A DNA stretch of 64,000 nucleotides from Syntrophales bacterium (GTDB lineage Bacteria; Desulfobacterota; Syntrophia; Syntrophales; UBA2210). A model generated the notes under the pieces. The model was not told the origin of the DNA, searched no databases, and was given only the letters and a program-made list of their open reading frames with translations. Position 1 is the stretch's first letter; each line of letters opens with the position of its first letter. Shown here in pieces: positions 60,291 through 64,000 of the stretch. The stretch covers positions 160,001 to 224,000 of the forward strand of contig CAXXKT010000001.1 of assembly GCA_963662405.2 (NCBI GenBank). The letters run 5' to 3'. A program made the translations under genes and the position numbers.

Positions 60291-61949
60291 CTAGGACAAA
60301 TCGTTTTCCTTTCCCTGCCGCCGCGCCACAAATTGCTCCGCCAGCTTGAACTTCTGAACCTTCCCGCTCGCGGTCAGCGGGATCGGAGCATTAAATTCCC
60401 AGTACTTCGGTATCTTGTGCCGGGCGATTTTCCCGGTGCAGAATTCCCCAAACTCGTCCGCAGTCGCCGTTTCACCGTCTTTCAACGCCACGGACGCCAG
60501 GATCTGTTCACCATACCTCTTATCGGGAATTCCGACCACGTATACATCTTTCACCTTGGGATGACGGGAGAGAAATTCCTCGATCTCCCGAGGATAAATG
60601 TTTTCTCCCCCCCTGATAATCATGTCCTTGATCCGCCCGGTTACCCGGAAATAGCCTTCAGCGTCCACCGCCCCCAGGTCTCCCGTGTGAAGCCATCCCT
60701 CTGCGTCAATGGCCTCCGCCGTCTCTTGAGGCATCTTGTAATACCCCTTCATTACGCAGGGGCTTCTCGTGACAATCTCCCCCTGCGTATCGGGGGGAAG
60801 ATCCTTCCCCGTTTCCGGATCAACCACCCTCCCCTCAACACCGTCAAAAAGTCTTCCCACCGTCGATACACGGAGATCCACCGGGTCGTCTCTTCGTGTC
60901 ATGGTCATAACGGGAGACGATTCTGTCTGACCATACGCGATGGTGATTTCGGGACAGTGCATCCGTGTCATAACGCTTTTCATCGCCTCCTCCGGACAGG
61001 GCGCCCCCGCCATGATGCCGGTCCTCAGTGAAGACAGATCGAATTTCTCAAAGTCCGGGTGGTTCAGAATGGCGATAAACATCGTGGGGACTCCATTGAT
61101 AGCCGTACAACGCTCCTTCTCTACAAACTCCAGTGCCTTAAGGGGATCAAAACTCTCCATTACGATCATCGTCGAGCCGTGATATACACAGTTGAGGGAA
61201 CTCATGACACACCCGAAACAATGGAAAAGCGGTACCTGGATCAGGAGACGATCCTCCTCGGTCATGCCCATAACGTCACCCACCATCCCCGCGTTGTTGA
61301 TAATATTATGATGCGTCAGCATTACCCCTTTAGGGAACCCGGTCGTCCCGGAGGTATACTGCATATTGACCACGTCGTCTACATCAACAGACATTTCACG
61401 ATTCCGCAGCTCTTCATTCGAAACCGCTCCGCCCAACCGCACGACATCATCAAAACAGCACGTTCTTCCCTCACACCCTTTATTTCCTATACGTATAATA
61501 TTCTTGAGAGAAGGGAGCCGATTCGATCGTACCTTCTCCACATCGGGGCCTTCGATTTCAGGCACCATCTCCCATACAATACGCGAAAAACTCGTTCCTC
61601 GGTATTCCTCGACATGGACCAGCGTTGTAGAATCCGATTGGTTGAGGATATATTCCAGTTCATGCGACTTGTAATTGGTATTGACCGTGACCAGGACAGC
61701 TCCGATCATCCCGAGACCGAACTGCAGGTACAGCCACTGTGGAACATTGGTGGTCCAGACAGAAACATGATCACCCTTCTTGACACCGATCGCCATGAAA
61801 CCCTTGGCAACCTTCGTACAGGAGTCGAGAAAATCGCTGTACGTCTCCCGTACGCCAAACTCAGGACAGATAAGCGCATCACGTTCAGGAAATGCGGACG
61901 CGCTCCTCCTCAGAAGTTTACCCATGCTCATGTTTCCAAACTCAGACAT
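60291..61949 (-). CDS. AMP-forming acyl-CoA synthetase, paralog 2
   Basis: Same motifs as 52603-54246 and colinear with it. Confidence 0.95.
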   Translation of the reverse strand: MSEFGNMSMGKLLRRSASAFPERDALICPEFGVRETYSDFLDSCTKVAKGFMAIGVKKGDHVSVWTTNVPQWLYLQFGLGMIGAVLVTVNTNYKSHELEYILNQSDSTTLVHVEEYRGTSFSRIVWEMVPEIEGPDVEKVRSNRLPSLKNIIRIGNKGCEGRTCCFDDVVRLGGAVSNEELRNREMSVDVDDVVNMQYTSGTTGFPKGVMLTHHNIINNAGMVGDVMGMTEEDRLLIQVPLFHCFGCVMSSLNCVYHGSTMIVMESFDPLKALEFVEKERCTAINGVPTMFIAILNHPDFEKFDLSSLRTGIMAGAPCPEEAMKSVMTRMHCPEITIAYGQTESSPVMTMTRRDDPVDLRVSTVGRLFDGVEGRVVDPETGKDLPPDTQGEIVTRSPCVMKGYYKMPQETAEAIDAEGWLHTGDLGAVDAEGYFRVTGRIKDMIIRGGENIYPREIEEFLSRHPKVKDVYVVGIPDKRYGEQILASVALKDGETATADEFGEFCTGKIARHKIPKYWEFNAPIPLTASGKVQKFKLAEQFVARRQGKENDLS

Positions 61950-62245
61950 ATCACCTCTTTATCAATAGATTTGATATATTAGGAATAGAGCAGATATCCA
62001 ATGTGATACTCCCTTGTATAGAGCTTTTTTTATTAGTGTCAAGAAAAATAATGCTAATGAAAACAACGCTATTTCGTGAAACCACCATATGTAGTATCTC
62101 GATTTTAAGGCTACACACTCCATAGTGTTTTTTCTTTACAAAGGGATATGACTCTGATAAATTTCCACAAGGATATTACTGAGGAGAGGTGGGATTCCGT
62201 CCGGTAGGGGAGGCCTTATCGGGACCCGGCCCAGGCTTTTGTCAC

Positions 62246-64000
62246 ATGAAACTCAAAAAGCTGGAAATACTCGGCTTCAAGTCCTTCAGGGACAAGACCC
62301 CCATCGATCTGTCACGCGACATCAACGCCATCGTGGGCCCGAACGGTTGTGGAAAAAGCAATATCGTGGATGCCATACGGTGGGTCATGGGTGAACAGCG
62401 TATCACGATGCTGCGCGGCAAGAAAATGGAAGATGTCATATTCAACGGGAGCGACGATGCGTCCCCGGTGGGCATGGCCGAGGTATCGATAACCCTGGAG
62501 AGCAACGGCCATAAAGTGCCGGAAAAATATTCTAATTACCGGGAGATTACCGTCTCGCGGAAGGTGTTCCGCGAAGGTGATTCCGAATATTCCATCAATA
62601 AAGTCCCGTGTCGGCTCCTCGACGTGAAGGAATTTTTCATGGACGTGGGCGTCGGCGCCCGCACCTATTCAATCGTCGAACAGGAGAGGATATCAAATCT
62701 CGTCGAGGCAAAGCCGGAAGAGCGGCGGCGTTTCATTGAGGAGGCTGCGGGAATCATGAAATACAAGACGCGGAGAGAATCCGCTTCCCGCAAGATGGAG
62801 GCGACAAGGCAAAATATCATCCGCCTGAATGATATCCTGAGAGAGGTCCGATCACAGCTGAATGCCACGTCACGACAGGCAAAAAAAGCCGAGCAATACA
62901 GAGAACTGAAAAAGGAGATCAAGGAATCACGGCTGACCCTCTCGCTTCAGGCCTATGCGGCATTGAACTCCAGGAAGAATGACCTTGAGAAAGCGCACAC
63001 GCCCTTGAACGAAAAAGCCTTGGCGGCACAGACGGAACTGAAGACTCTGGAATCCGCCATCGAGGAAATACGGGCTCGGCTCGTCGAAAGTGAAGAATCG
63101 ATCGGAACGCTCCAGGATCGATACTATGGCATCAAGAGCGAGATCAACATAGGGGAACAGAAGATTAAATTCGCTCAAGAGACCATCCTCCAACTGGACA
63201 ACAAACGGAAGAGAGACCGCAAGGAAGCAGAAACGCTCACAGAACGCAGAGCGGCAATGGATCAAGAGGGGGCTCTCCTGAAGAGACAAATGGTCGAATC
63301 GGACGGGATCATCGCGGGGATGAAGGAGTCCATCGACAGGGCACGGGAGGCCGCCGACGTCATGAAGGCTGCCGAACGGGAGCTGAGTGACAAGCTCGAA
63401 AGTGAAAAATCCAGGCACATTGACATGATCACGGAAAACGCCCGCCTGGGGAATCTTCTCCTGTCTCTCACCAAAGCCCTCGAAGACCTGGAGAAAAAGG
63501 CTCAGAGGGAAGATGGAGAGCTGGACGAACACAAGAAGAAACTGCACGGCCTGCAGGATGATCTCGCGGCTGAAAAGAATGCCCTCTCATCCGCCATGGA
63601 GAGGATAACGACCATCAAGGAGCGGGAAACGATCACGGTGGAAGACCTCGCCGCTGCCCGTGAAGATCTCAGGGCCATCGAGACGGAAATCGACACCCTC
63701 AGAGAAGAGATCACGGTAAAAAAATCACGGTTAGGGTCCCTGGCCGAGCTCCAGGAGCGGCATGAATGGTGCGACGAGGGAACCAGGCAGATACTGGAGG
63801 CAATGCGCGCCGGTACGCTGGGAGAAGATATTCACGGCCTGCTGGCGGATCATATCGAAGTGCCGAAGGAATATGAGGCCCCCGTCGAGGCCGTTCTGGG
63901 GGATAAGCTCCAGTATATCATCGTCGAAAATCCGACAAATGGTATGAGGGCTATCGACTATCTCAAGCGGAACACATCCGGGAGGGGAAGTTTTGTCTCT
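62246..64000 (+). CDS. smc: Chromosome segregation protein SMC, 3'-truncated by window end (absent from the ORF track)
   Basis: MKLKKLEILGFKSF, Walker A GPNGCGKSN, DAIRWVMGE, LRGKKMEDVIFNGS, long coiled coil, start of hinge region. Confidence 0.96.
   Translation, partial: MKLKKLEILGFKSFRDKTPIDLSRDINAIVGPNGCGKSNIVDAIRWVMGEQRITMLRGKKMEDVIFNGSDDASPVGMAEVSITLESNGHKVPEKYSNYREITVSRKVFREGDSEYSINKVPCRLLDVKEFFMDVGVGARTYSIVEQERISNLVEAKPEERRRFIEEAAGIMKYKTRRESASRKMEATRQNIIRLNDILREVRSQLNATSRQAKKAEQYRELKKEIKESRLTLSLQAYAALNSRKNDLEKAHTPLNEKALAAQTELKTLESAIEEIRARLVESEESIGTLQDRYYGIKSEINIGEQKIKFAQETILQLDNKRKRDRKEAETLTERRAAMDQEGALLKRQMVESDGIIAGMKESIDRAREAADVMKAAERELSDKLESEKSRHIDMITENARLGNLLLSLTKALEDLEKKAQREDGELDEHKKKLHGLQDDLAAEKNALSSAMERITTIKERETITVEDLAAAREDLRAIETEIDTLREEITVKKSRLGSLAELQERHEWCDEGTRQILEAMRAGTLGEDIHGLLADHIEVPKEYEAPVEAVLGDKLQYIIVENPTNGMRAIDYLKRNTSGRGSFVS

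Overview
64-kb chromosomal window, most likely from an anaerobic, syntroph-like Desulfobacterota/Deltaproteobacterium (inferred from gene content only). (1) 1-8 kb is accessory DNA: two overlapping tyrosine recombinases, a diverged 67-bp repeat, a probable group II intron 3' remnant, and a complete IS110 (IS621-like) element. The IS110 bridge-RNA guides can be read from the sequence and match its own flanks and ends, and its left end carries an exact 82-bp duplication that breaks at its own target guide. (2) Two convergent selenocysteine formate dehydrogenase alpha genes, each with an in-frame TGA and SECIS. (3) PPIase and two beta-oxidation genes. (4) A type IV pilin locus split by an inverted four-gene glycosylation cassette (GT2, UDP-GlcNAc 2-epimerase, flippase-like protein, TMTC-like GT-C/TPR protein), including a minor pilin with a 40-Thr tract. 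(5) Tandem amidohydrolase duplicates, tRNA-Leu(TAA), a J-domain/receiver fusion and a broken acyl-CoA synthetase. (6) A large oxygen-defence cluster (fprA, flavin reductase-rubredoxin, rubrerythrins, dfx, cydAB, thiol redoxins, trxA). (7) moaA, amrS, two paralogous AMP-forming acyl-CoA ligases flanking an hfsABC-like sensory [FeFe]-hydrogenase module and a GGDEF protein, and the 5' part of smc. All calls are by eye from motifs; no searches were run.
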